Positions 47,258-55,665 of a stretch of 64,000 nucleotides of DNA are shown piece after piece. Position 1 is the first letter of the stretch. Each line of letters starts with the position of its first letter. The stretch lies in the NCBI GenBank assembly GCA_017992555.1, contig JAGOOK010000001.1, forward strand, positions 100,134 to 164,133, read 5' to 3'. Both the position numbers and the translations under genes were made by a program. The notes under the pieces are model-generated. The model was not told the origin of the DNA, ran no database searches, and saw nothing but the letters and a program-made list of their open reading frames with translations. Source of the DNA: Caldisericia bacterium. GTDB lineage: Bacteria; Caldisericota; Caldisericia; JAAYUI01.

Positions 47258-50206
47258 CTAGTAGGAAAGCCTTTCGATTCTTACAGTTTTTGTGGCCGAA
47301 TCAAAATTGACCGTGCAACCCATGTTCTCAGCCACAAACCTTAATGGCACAAAGGTTGTTCCAGACTTTATTTCCGGCTCTATATCAAGCTCAACGGCCT
47401 TCTGGTCAACATAAGCCGTTTTTGAGCCAACCCTCATGATTATGAATATTGATGAGCCGCCCTCGTTAAGGGTGATAGTAACGCTCTTATCTTCGGGGAG
47501 CCACTCGACCCTCGCTCCAAAAGCCTGGGAGATTGCCCTTATCGGGACCATTGTTCTCGAGCTTTTGATGTAAGGGGCAACTGAAAGTGGAGGGTTGGAG
47601 GGCTGACCATCAATGAGCATGATCGGGTTGCCAATCACCATCTCGACAATGGTTTTGTGCCACACCGTTAAAGTAATAGATTTCTCAGTCGAATTCCCAG
47701 CTTTGTCCATCGCAACAAGCACCAGATTATTCTGGCCTTTTTTGACCTGAACAGTTGCCTTGAAGATATCATTTACAACAGTTGCTTCGACTTCACCAAT
47801 CCTGACCCTGGAGCCAGGTTCAACCCTGCCTTTTATTTCAACCGATTCAACGTCAATGAGTTTGTCGAGGTTATCAAGTATCACCAGTGGTGGAATGTTA
47901 TCCATCTCAACAACTATCATCTTCTCTGTTTCGTTTCCAGATGGATCTTTTGTGGTAATGGTTATCTTGTTGACGCCATTCTGCAATGTGATGGTTGCAA
48001 GAAATTTACCTGTTGAATCCACAACGGCCCTTGTCCCATTGACAAGAACAACACAATCTGGCTCGGTTGTTCCCATCACATTTATCTTTTCTTCTTTGGT
48101 TAGTTCCGGGAGCGGATCAATATTGAGCATGGGGGGTTGTTTGTCTTTTGCTATCCTGTAGGTCACCAGGGTGTCCCTGAAACCATTCTTTGTGGCCTGT
48201 ACTACAATCTCGCCCTCTTGGCTGAAAGTGCATTCTATGGTTGCTTTTCCTTTTGTGTTTGTGATAGCGGTGGCCTCAAAACCACAGCCCTTAATGGTAA
48301 TGTTTGCATTCGGGACAACTTCCTGAGTCCCCGATGTATAGCAAGTTACAAAAGCCCTTATGGTTTTCCCTACCTCGGGCTTGGACTCCCATTCGATGAC
48401 AATCTCAAGTCCTTTGTAGACATCAAGCCATATGACTTCCTGCAGCTCGTAATACTGTGGTGAATTTGGAAGGACCTCAAGCCAGGACCTGTTTTGTGTC
48501 CTGTATCTCATCTCGACAACTGCCTCACCAGTACCTGTCGGCGTGAAAACCATTGTTGTTTCGACATCATTATAGCGTTCTTCATATTCTGTGCGTCCAT
48601 AAATGGCCGCTTCGTGCTGGTTGCCCTTGAAGCCAGGCTCACCATCGATGTGCATTGGCAAATCTCTTTCATCGGCTGGCTGTGTGATGACAACCACGTG
48701 ATTTTGGGTAGAGTAGACCAAATCGTAATTGTCCTTGTTGAAGAAGTATTTTGGGAGGTCTTCTCTTGTCTCGGCAATCAGGAGCTTGAATTTTGGGGGT
48801 GCTATTTTTGCAAGTGTTTCCGGTATTGCATCAAAATCAAGCCAGTAAACTCCGTCGCCTTTGTATCTGGAGGTTACAAAACTGGCAGAAGTGTTTGTAT
48901 TCGGTGGCCTTCCTGCGGCATCAATGTCGGCCCAGTAGTTGTTTCCAACCAGGCCGCCCACAAAACAGGCGTCCTCGGCAAAAATGTAGAGGCTTGTCTG
49001 GCCGTTTACATCAAGATTCAGGCTGTCTCTATAATCGATCACTTTGTCATCATTAAAATTGGCAAATATCATGCCGTCAAAGTGCGGGCTGTTATAGATA
49101 CAACCAAGTCCCCAGCCACCATATTCGGCCGGCGGGAGATCAAAAAACGGATGGGTAGAGTATTCCCCATTGTTATACCTTACATTGGTGGTGTTGTAGT
49201 AAGTGAGGTAGCCTGTCCATATTTTATTGGCAGTGTCAAAAACATACTGTGGGCCGAAAGAGAATATTTCCTTGTTTGTCCACTCGAGCCTGCCATCGTT
49301 GTTGAGGTCAAGCCCAAGGTGCATGTCATAGCGACCGCCGTCATCGGAAAGGAAATATGCCTGCCCGCCTGCATAGAAATTGTATCCCTGAACAAGCGTT
49401 GGTTTGGTTACCCACTTGTAGTTTGCCGGTCTGGTAGTAAACGGCGTAAACCTAGCAGTTTTTTTGATTCCAGTGCAAAGGCTGACTCCCTGCGAGACAC
49501 CCCTGACCACTCTTCCTTCTGCATCCTGAACAGTCACCCCGATGTTGTATATCCTGTTGTCGCATGCTGTCATTACAAAATCCGGGTCGCCAGGGCTTTC
49601 AAAGGCTTTTGATTCTGTGTCTTCGGTGTTGGTGATTTTATAGGTGACCACAGGTGCCTTTACGGCGATTCTTGCTTCCCCTGCAAACCTTCTGTCGGGG
49701 GTGATGACTTTTATCCTCAATTCACCAACATCATTTGCCACAAAACCTTTGAAGATGTATATTCCCCTGGAAGCCTGTGAAAAATCGATTTCAATAAGAT
49801 TTCTTCCAAAAAGAAGCTTGTTGCAGACATTTGTTCCATCATCATTGTGCAGGTCAGTTCTCGTCCAGTAATAACTGGGAAGGACTGCATTTCTGCCATA
49901 ATAATATGTATTGTCCGGGTGAGGATCCAGAAATAACTGGTTCCATACGACTTTTTGGTCAATAGCGGAACCATCAACTCCTCTCGTCAAGTCAACAGGC
50001 TTTCCGTTCTGGTCTGTAACCATAAGTTGGAAAGGCCTTGCCGGATCAACTAGTTCGGCGGCCATTCCGGCCGTCAGGATGGATGGTGTTGGGGTTATGA
50101 TGAGGGAGGACGCTGCCAGTGCCTTGCTACTTTCCTTCGCAAATCCCGGGAATGCCAACATCCCAAGAACCAAGGCTAGCGAAATTATTATTCTAATGGT
50201 TTTCAT
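47258..50206 (-). CDS. secreted large surface protein: unknown N-terminal region, Ig-like/CarboxypepD_reg-like repeats and a copper-amine-oxidase-N-like C-terminus
   Basis: 982 aa. Signal peptide MKTIRIIISLALVLGMLAFPGFA. Beta-sandwich repeats (NITIKGCGFEATAITNTKGKATIEC; VNGTRAVVDSTGKFLATITLQNGVNKITI; GSRVRIGEVEATVVNDIFKATVQVKKGQNNL). C-terminal SSRTMVPIRAISQAFGARVEW / SGTTFVPLRFVAENMGCTVNF. Confidence 0.65.
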   Translation of the reverse strand: MKTIRIIISLALVLGMLAFPGFAKESSKALAASSLIITPTPSILTAGMAAELVDPARPFQLMVTDQNGKPVDLTRGVDGSAIDQKVVWNQLFLDPHPDNTYYYGRNAVLPSYYWTRTDLHNDDGTNVCNKLLFGRNLIEIDFSQASRGIYIFKGFVANDVGELRIKVITPDRRFAGEARIAVKAPVVTYKITNTEDTESKAFESPGDPDFVMTACDNRIYNIGVTVQDAEGRVVRGVSQGVSLCTGIKKTARFTPFTTRPANYKWVTKPTLVQGYNFYAGGQAYFLSDDGGRYDMHLGLDLNNDGRLEWTNKEIFSFGPQYVFDTANKIWTGYLTYYNTTNVRYNNGEYSTHPFFDLPPAEYGGWGLGCIYNSPHFDGMIFANFNDDKVIDYRDSLNLDVNGQTSLYIFAEDACFVGGLVGNNYWADIDAAGRPPNTNTSASFVTSRYKGDGVYWLDFDAIPETLAKIAPPKFKLLIAETREDLPKYFFNKDNYDLVYSTQNHVVVITQPADERDLPMHIDGEPGFKGNQHEAAIYGRTEYEERYNDVETTMVFTPTGTGEAVVEMRYRTQNRSWLEVLPNSPQYYELQEVIWLDVYKGLEIVIEWESKPEVGKTIRAFVTCYTSGTQEVVPNANITIKGCGFEATAITNTKGKATIECTFSQEGEIVVQATKNGFRDTLVTYRIAKDKQPPMLNIDPLPELTKEEKINVMGTTEPDCVVLVNGTRAVVDSTGKFLATITLQNGVNKITITTKDPSGNETEKMIVVEMDNIPPLVILDNLDKLIDVESVEIKGRVEPGSRVRIGEVEATVVNDIFKATVQVKKGQNNLVLVAMDKAGNSTEKSITLTVWHKTIVEMVIGNPIMLIDGQPSNPPLSVAPYIKSSRTMVPIRAISQAFGARVEWLPEDKSVTITLNEGGSSIFIIMRVGSKTAYVDQKAVELDIEPEIKSGTTFVPLRFVAENMGCTVNFDSATKTVRIERLSY

Positions 50207-50326
50207 TCAAAACCTCCTGGCTGATTTCAAACTCAATACCGAAAAGGCCCCTTAAAAGTTCAACCCATAGCACATCACTGTTGCCAAAATGATAATTTGG
50301 TGCAATATTTTTGGTGGAGGTGCAAT

Positions 50327-51040
50327 TTGGATAAGAATATTTGCGAAGACTTTATAAAAGGAACATCGTATTTTTCAGGTGAAAGAGTTGATCCACCAGA
50401 ACTTCATGAAGAGCTCCCGCCATCACCCAACATTATTTCCGAACCAGTTGCATTGCCCAGTTTTGACCAGGACACCAATCTGCTCCAAATTATAAACCGC
50501 AGGAGATCGAAAAGAAATTTTGAAAACAAACCAATTTCGCTCGTACAGCTATCCAAACTCTGTTGGGGGACACAAGGTGAAACTGGCAGGGTTGGCCAGA
50601 CCATACTGAGGTCAGTGGCTTCGGCTGGAAACAGGCATCCATTCAATACATACATTCTAATAAATAGAGTAGAGGAGCTTTTGCCTGGTCTTTATTTTTA
50701 TAATAATAGCAACTCCCTTGGGCCATTGAGGCTTGGTAAACTCGGAGGCGAGCTGGTCGAAGCCTGTCTGGGACAAAAAATGATAGAATCCTGTTCGGCG
50801 GTTTTTATATGGACTGCCGCAACAGCAAGAACAACGTCAGTATACAGGGCAAGGGGTTACAGGTATATCTTCCTTGATGCAGGACACATCGGGGCGCAAT
50901 TACAACTCCTCTGTGTTGATCTTGGACTTGGGTCCTGCAATATAGGTGCTTTCTGGGATGACAAAGTGGCAAAATTCCTAGGAGTAGAGCATAAATATGA
51001 AGTCCCAGTCTACATAACTGTTGTTGGATGGCCAAAATAA
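50327..51040 (+). CDS. SagB-type dehydrogenase / nitroreductase-fold protein
   Basis: The ORF begins at 50297. I prefer TTG 50327, 6 nt after GGAGG. INRRRSKRNF, LSKLCWGTQG, LRSVASAGNRHPFNTYIL, GLYFYN and IFLDAGHIGAQLQL are typical of the SagB-type nitroreductase subfamily. Confidence 0.65.
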   Translation: MDKNICEDFIKGTSYFSGERVDPPELHEELPPSPNIISEPVALPSFDQDTNLLQIINRRRSKRNFENKPISLVQLSKLCWGTQGETGRVGQTILRSVASAGNRHPFNTYILINRVEELLPGLYFYNNSNSLGPLRLGKLGGELVEACLGQKMIESCSAVFIWTAATARTTSVYRARGYRYIFLDAGHIGAQLQLLCVDLGLGSCNIGAFWDDKVAKFLGVEHKYEVPVYITVVGWPK

Positions 51041-51047
51041 AAGGTTT

Positions 51048-51629
51048 TTAATGTATTCTTGAGACGGCCAGCTTGGTAACGTGTTTTAGGGTTTCCTTCA
51101 CGCCAATGCCCTTTGTTGCAACGGCCTCATAAATCGGGAACCTTCCTTCTGGATTGAGTGCCTCTTCGAGCACCTCGAACGGTATCGCATTTGGAAGGTC
51201 GCGCTTGTTGTACTGGATGATGAGTGGGACTTTGTCCAGATCAAGGCCATATTCCCTGAGATTTTCAACCATGTCCTGAAAATTCTCTATGTTTGCTTCG
51301 AGTTTGTCCGGGTCAGAATCTGCCACAAAGACGATTGCATCAACAGACTTCAGGATTGATTTTCTGGTAAGGCCATAGATTGCCTGGCCAGGGACAGTGT
51401 AGACACCAAGCCTGAGCTTAAAACCCCTTACGGTACCTAGATCAAGCGGCAGATAATCAAAAAACAGGGTCCTCTCAGTGGCTGTTGCAATGGAAGTGAA
51501 CTGGCCTTTGACCTCTGAAGGAACCTGGTCATAAATAACCTGCAGGTTGGTCGTTTTTCCAGACAGGGCTGGGCCATAATAAACAAGTTTTACATTGATT
51601 TCTTTTGTTGCAAAATTAACTAAGGCCAT
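51048..51629 (-). CDS. mglA: Ras-like GTPase MglA
   Basis: 193 aa, colinear with Myxococcus MglA: INVKLVYYGPALSGKTTNLQVIY, TERTLFFDYLPL, YTVPGQ (the MglA-specific G3), IIQYNKRDLPNA. Confidence 0.9.
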   Translation of the reverse strand: MALVNFATKEINVKLVYYGPALSGKTTNLQVIYDQVPSEVKGQFTSIATATERTLFFDYLPLDLGTVRGFKLRLGVYTVPGQAIYGLTRKSILKSVDAIVFVADSDPDKLEANIENFQDMVENLREYGLDLDKVPLIIQYNKRDLPNAIPFEVLEEALNPEGRFPIYEAVATKGIGVKETLKHVTKLAVSRIH

Positions 51630-51640
51630 TTGTCACCAGC

Positions 51641-52117
51641 TCAAAGGATATTGTCCAGATCGAGGTCCTTGTCCAGATCCCCGCCACCAAATTCTGTCGG
51701 TATGGCCTGCGACATTCTCTCTATTACCGGTGTGAGCGCTGTTGAAATCTTCTTTGCCCAGAACCTGATGGCACCTATTGGTGCCCTGTTATCAAAGATC
51801 ATAATGAGCAGGGTTTCCTGTGTGAGCAGCGAGATGTGTATGTTATTTTCAGAACCCTGGTGGAACGTTATTGTAAATTCGTTCTCGCCAATTTGCCTGG
51901 CAAGTTCGTTGGTTGCAGCATAAACACCAGCAGATAGCGCAGCAATGGCCGAGGCCGCCTGGCGGGTGGCCGATCCATGCTTTGAGATGAGCTGGCCAGA
52001 TTTGTCTACAAGAAAAATATGTTTTGCCTGAGAATCTATGAGAGTTTTAGCCAGGTATTCATCTATCTCCCTCAATTCGTTTTCAGAAATGACAAGGTTG
52101 GTAAGCCTTTCGCCCAT
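51641..52117 (-). CDS. mglB: Roadblock/LC7 protein MglB (MglA GAP-type partner)
   Basis: The ORF runs to 52198. I prefer ATG 52117, 7 nt after AAGGAG. HIFLVDKSGQLISKHG ... FTITFHQGSENNIHISLLTQETLLIMIFD fits the Roadblock fold. Lies 11 nt upstream of mglA on the same strand. Confidence 0.8.
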   Translation of the reverse strand: MGERLTNLVISENELREIDEYLAKTLIDSQAKHIFLVDKSGQLISKHGSATRQAASAIAALSAGVYAATNELARQIGENEFTITFHQGSENNIHISLLTQETLLIMIFDNRAPIGAIRFWAKKISTALTPVIERMSQAIPTEFGGGDLDKDLDLDNIL

Positions 52118-52267
52118 TGAACATCTCCTTATTTGAACTGGGGTTAACTTACCAAACAATCGTCTTTGTGTCAACGAGAAAGCCATGAAATTCAACATTT
52201 ATAAGAAATAACGCCCCCGTTGACTAACAAAGCGATATAGGATATTTTGCGTTTGGAAAGGGGTAAA

Positions 52268-52882
52268 ATGCCTTCAAAAAAATTTAGTGCTATTTTTGTA
52301 GCGATGATTTTGGTTCTGACTTTTTCATTGGGTTGTGGGAGTGAAGGTGGTGGAAATGGAGGAGGGACAGGCGAGAAAAAAATCCCTGACCTGAAATACA
52401 AGCTACATCCGGTTTCCCTTGGCGATGAAAATACCATATACCAGGTGATGCAGGAGAACAACGCAAAAGCACTTATCTTAGACTTCTGGGCAGTCTGGTG
52501 TGAGCCATGCAAGGAAGAGCTCCCATACCTGGAACTCATCCACAGGGAGTACAAAAACAAGGGTGTTGTCGTGCTTGCGGCAACAATTGATCCTTTCGAA
52601 GATGAATCGGCAATTGATGAGACGCTTGATGGAACAAATGATTCAAAAATCAAAAAGTCATGGAAAAAACTTGGCGAATTTGAATTAATCGACGGAAGGG
52701 TCATAACCATGGAGATCCCGGTTGATGGAGACAGGAAAATCGCCAACGCACTGGGTGTAACATCAATCCCAAGGACATTCCTCGTCGACAAGGATCATAA
52801 TATAGTCTATCAACACACAGGATTTGATGAGGGGAAAGTTGAAGAGTTGAAGAAAAAACTGGATGAACTGCTTTCCAAATAA
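52268..52882 (+). CDS. TlpA/ResA-like thiol-disulfide oxidoreductase lipoprotein (copy 1)
   Basis: MPSKKFSAIFVAMILVLTFSLGC lipobox, Gly-rich linker, thioredoxin fold with LDFWAVWCEPCKEELPYL, and cis-Pro region VTSIPRTFLVD. Confidence 0.8.
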   Translation: MPSKKFSAIFVAMILVLTFSLGCGSEGGGNGGGTGEKKIPDLKYKLHPVSLGDENTIYQVMQENNAKALILDFWAVWCEPCKEELPYLELIHREYKNKGVVVLAATIDPFEDESAIDETLDGTNDSKIKKSWKKLGEFELIDGRVITMEIPVDGDRKIANALGVTSIPRTFLVDKDHNIVYQHTGFDEGKVEELKKKLDELLSK

Positions 52883-52986
52883 CTGATCAGGCCAAATTAA
52901 ACCGAGCTTAAATACTTTTGACACGATTTTGTGGTTGACTCGTGTGTAAGTATATGTACAAAGAGGTCATCCTTAAAGGAGGCAAA

Positions 52987-53748
52987 ATGAAGTACACAAA
53001 AATATTGGTTCTTTTCTTGGCAGTCGTTCTTCTCGGTTCATTAGTCCTGACAGCATGCGGCGGAAGCAACACAAATCCGACAGACAACGGAACGCCGACT
53101 GATCAGGGAACTACCGACCAGGGAACAACTAATCAAAACAATAATGGACAAACCGACCAGGGCACAGACAAGCCAGCCGGTGAACAGGGTGATGAATTGG
53201 TAGTTCCAGGAATGGAATCCAATGTCAGACTGAATGTTGGCGATGTTGTTCCGGACCTCAAGTTCAAGCTTCACCCAGTCTCTGCAGGTTCCGAATCGTC
53301 ACTCTACCAGATCATGGAAGAGAACAATGCAAAAGCACTCGTCCTTGATTTCTGGGCAGTATGGTGCGAACCGTGCAAAGAAGAGCTCCCATATCTTGAA
53401 CAGCTCCACAGACAGTATAAGGACAAGGGCCTTGTAGTTCTTGCTGCAACCATCGACCCATTTGAAGACGAAGTTTCAATCATGGAAACACTCGATGGGA
53501 CCAACGACAACAAGATCAAGAAATCATGGAAAAAGCTTGGCGAGTTTGAGCTCATTGATGGACAGGCAATCACAATGAACATCCCAGTCGATGGCGACAG
53601 GGCAATGTCCAAGGCACTCGGAGTTACCTCAATACCGAGAACATTCCTCATCGACAAGGACCACAAGCTTGCTTATCAGCACACCGGCTTTGACGAGGGC
53701 AAGGTCAACGAGCTCATCGAAAAGGTCAAGGAAGTGATGGGAGAGTAA
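52987..53748 (+). CDS. TlpA/ResA-like thiol-disulfide oxidoreductase lipoprotein (copy 2, longer T/D/Q/G/N linker)
   Basis: MKYTKILVLFLAVVLLGSLVLTAC lipobox. TDQGT-type low-complexity linker. The thioredoxin fold is nearly identical to copy 1 (LDFWAVWCEPCKEELPYL ... VTSIPRTFLID). ATG follows AAAGGAGG. Confidence 0.8.
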   Translation: MKYTKILVLFLAVVLLGSLVLTACGGSNTNPTDNGTPTDQGTTDQGTTNQNNNGQTDQGTDKPAGEQGDELVVPGMESNVRLNVGDVVPDLKFKLHPVSAGSESSLYQIMEENNAKALVLDFWAVWCEPCKEELPYLEQLHRQYKDKGLVVLAATIDPFEDEVSIMETLDGTNDNKIKKSWKKLGEFELIDGQAITMNIPVDGDRAMSKALGVTSIPRTFLIDKDHKLAYQHTGFDEGKVNELIEKVKEVMGE

Positions 53749-53763
53749 AACCTCTAGAAAATC

Positions 53764-53796
53764 AAAGCGCTCCTTTTAAAAGGAGCGCTTTTTTTG
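53764..53796 (+). terminator. rho-independent terminator after tlpA copy 2
   Basis: Perfect palindrome AGCGCTCCTTTT/AAAAGGAGCGCT (53766-53789) followed by a T7 run. A TATAAT (53797-53802) immediately follows. Confidence 0.8.
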
Positions 53797-53823
53797 TATA
53801 ATGGCAAAAAAGGAGGTGTAGAA

Positions 53824-54105
53824 ATGAGCGTAACTCATGTCGCAGGAGAGAATAAAGGGACCATTTTCATTTATGCGCTTAGTACATGCGGCTGGTGCAA
53901 AAAAACCAAAGAATTCCTTAAAGAACTTGGTCTAGAGTATAGTTACGTTGATGTAGACCTCTTGCCAGAAAGTGAAGAAGACAAAACGGTCGAAGAAATG
54001 AAAGCCTGGAACCCAACCTCCTCATTTCCAACAATTGTGATTAACAATAAAAAAGCGGTCATTGGCTTCCAGCCTGATAAAATAAGGGAGCTCCTGGGAA
54101 TATGA
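53824..54105 (+). CDS. glutaredoxin-like protein (CGWC active site)
   Basis: MSVTHVAGENKGTIFIYALSTCGWCKKTKEFLKELG ... FPTIVINNKKAVIGF. ATG 53824 follows AAAGGAGGTG. Stop overlaps the next start (ATGA). Confidence 0.8.
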   Translation: MSVTHVAGENKGTIFIYALSTCGWCKKTKEFLKELGLEYSYVDVDLLPESEEDKTVEEMKAWNPTSSFPTIVINNKKAVIGFQPDKIRELLGI

Positions 54106-54611
54106 GTTCCATTCAGGAACAGATTGACCAGCTTTATTCAAAACTGAAAACAGAGGCAGAAGAGGGCGGTTACCACCTGAATCCTGATGTTGTGTTCACA
54201 AAAAATCTCATCAGTGGCCTCATAACAAACCAGACAAGATTTGGCTACCAGTCCTGTCCGTGCAGGCTGGCCACTGGCTCAATTGACGATGATCTGGATA
54301 TTGTATGCCCCTGTGACTACAGAGATCCTGACATTGCAGAGTTTGGCGCCTGCTACTGCGCCCTTTATGTAAATGAGGAAATAAGCTCTGGAAAAAAGCA
54401 GGCAAGTTCAATTCCTGAAAGAAGGCCATCAAAAGAACAACGCCAAAAACAAGGAACCACAAATATGCAGGTTGAAAAAAGATCAACCTTATTGCCATAC
54501 CCAATCTGGCGCTGCAAGGTGTGCGGCTATCTCTGTTCAAGAGAAACACCCCCTGAGAAATGCCCGATCTGCAAGGTGGGGAAAGAAAGGTTCGAAAAGT
54601 ACACAATCTAG
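54102..54611 (+). CDS. ferredoxin:thioredoxin reductase catalytic-subunit-like protein fused to a C-terminal rubredoxin-type zinc/iron ribbon
   Basis: 169 aa. The FTRc Cys pattern CPC-x15-CPC-x12-CYC (SCPCRLATGS...IVCPCDYRD...GACYCALY). C-terminal WRCKVCGYLCS...EKCPICKVGKERF. Confidence 0.8.
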   Translation: MSSIQEQIDQLYSKLKTEAEEGGYHLNPDVVFTKNLISGLITNQTRFGYQSCPCRLATGSIDDDLDIVCPCDYRDPDIAEFGACYCALYVNEEISSGKKQASSIPERRPSKEQRQKQGTTNMQVEKRSTLLPYPIWRCKVCGYLCSRETPPEKCPICKVGKERFEKYTI

Positions 54612-55205
54612 ATGGTAAAAAAAAGCAAGGAGATACGTCTAAGGATTGTCGGTGGCACCCTAAGGGGAAGGGTCATTATATTGCCACCAGAGTTCCGGGG
54701 TAGACCGACAAAAGATATAGTAAGGGAAGCTTTTTTTGATATTATTGGAGATTTTGTTATAAGAGCGAATTTTCTTGATCTCTGCTGTGGATCAGGGGCA
54801 ACCGGAATCGAAGCCGTATCAAGGGGGGCGCGTCATTCATGGCTCGTCGACAGGGATTTTGTTGCCTGCAAAATCGCCAAAGAAACAGTGAAGACCTTTA
54901 AGGTAGATGAAAGTGTGACCGTTGAAAAAATGGATGCCGGCTCTTTTGTCTCGCAAGCATCGGCAAATGACACCTCCTTTGACATTATTTTTTGCGACCC
55001 ACCATATGAAGTAACGCCAGAGAAATTGTCACAAAATCTGGAGCAAATGCCTTCAATTCTTGCTCCGGAAGGAATATTAATCATCGAGCATGACGAAGAA
55101 ACCGAATATCCGGAAGGGCTCTTTGGCCTCTCCAGATTCAAGGAGAAAAAGTATGGTGGAACAAAACTCACGTTCTATTCACGCCCTGTATCCGGGGACC
55201 TTTGA
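54612..55205 (+). CDS. rsmD: 16S rRNA (guanine966-N2)-methyltransferase
   Basis: 197 aa. RIVGGTLRGRVI, SAM motif DLCCGSGATGIEAVSRGA, and DPPY motif IIFCDPPYE. Confidence 0.85.
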   Translation: MVKKSKEIRLRIVGGTLRGRVIILPPEFRGRPTKDIVREAFFDIIGDFVIRANFLDLCCGSGATGIEAVSRGARHSWLVDRDFVACKIAKETVKTFKVDESVTVEKMDAGSFVSQASANDTSFDIIFCDPPYEVTPEKLSQNLEQMPSILAPEGILIIEHDEETEYPEGLFGLSRFKEKKYGGTKLTFYSRPVSGDL

Positions 55206-55665
55206 CCCACCCACACTGGGCCACATATCACTGATTGAAAGGGCGTGTTCCCTGTTTGGGGACGTGACAGTGGCTGTTGCCAAAATATCTGGCAAAGACC
55301 CTCTCCTCATGTACGAGCAAAGGATAAACCTGCTGGAACAGATTTTCTCCGGAGATCCCAAAGTAAAAATTATTGGCTTTACCGGGCTCCTGGTTGATTG
55401 CGCAAAAAAAACAAATTCAAATGTGATTGTAAGAGGCTTAAGGACAATCTCCGATTTTGATGTCGAATACAGGATGTCAACCATTAACAACGTAGTCATG
55501 CCCGAACTGGAAACGGTTTTTTTGATGTCAGAACCTGAATACAGCTTCATATCCTCGACTTTCGTCAAGCAAATAGCCAGAGAGGGCGGAGATATATCAG
55601 CGTTTGTTCCGGGTGTTGTTCTGGAACTGCTAAAGGAGCTGGAGGAAAATGGGCATAATATCTGA
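55153..55665 (+). CDS. coaD: phosphopantetheine adenylyltransferase
   Basis: ATG 55153 follows AAGGAG. ALYPGTFDPPTLGHISLIERA, VRGLRTISDFDVEYRM, ISSTFVKQIAREGGD. Overlaps the rsmD 3' end. Confidence 0.9.
   Translation: MVEQNSRSIHALYPGTFDPPTLGHISLIERACSLFGDVTVAVAKISGKDPLLMYEQRINLLEQIFSGDPKVKIIGFTGLLVDCAKKTNSNVIVRGLRTISDFDVEYRMSTINNVVMPELETVFLMSEPEYSFISSTFVKQIAREGGDISAFVPGVVLELLKELEENGHNI

Noticed and set aside
48494-49612. A 372-aa plus-strand ORF, the longest unexplained ORF in the track.
   Set aside because: It lies entirely antisense to the 982-aa surface-protein gene. Its composition is Cys/Val/Phe/Ile-rich and featureless, with no RBS or signal. The minus-strand frame has a signal peptide and recognisable repeat domains.
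52192-52791. A 199-aa minus-strand ORF overlapping the first tlpA gene. Similar antisense ORFs occur at 53304-53666 and across secA (for example 25054-25731), rho (15529-16089), the giant gene (59055-59636, 62007-62519, 62898-63395) and guaB (42624-43286).
   Set aside because: All are Ser/Leu/Pro-rich mirror-frame ORFs opposite genes with unmistakable conserved motifs. None has start signals or family features.
53095-53170. A short imperfect DNA repeat (accgaccaggg[a/c]ac, three copies), first checked as a possible repeat array.
   Set aside because: It is in frame inside tlpA copy 2 and encodes the TDQGT low-complexity linker. There are no spacers or leader, so it is not CRISPR-like.
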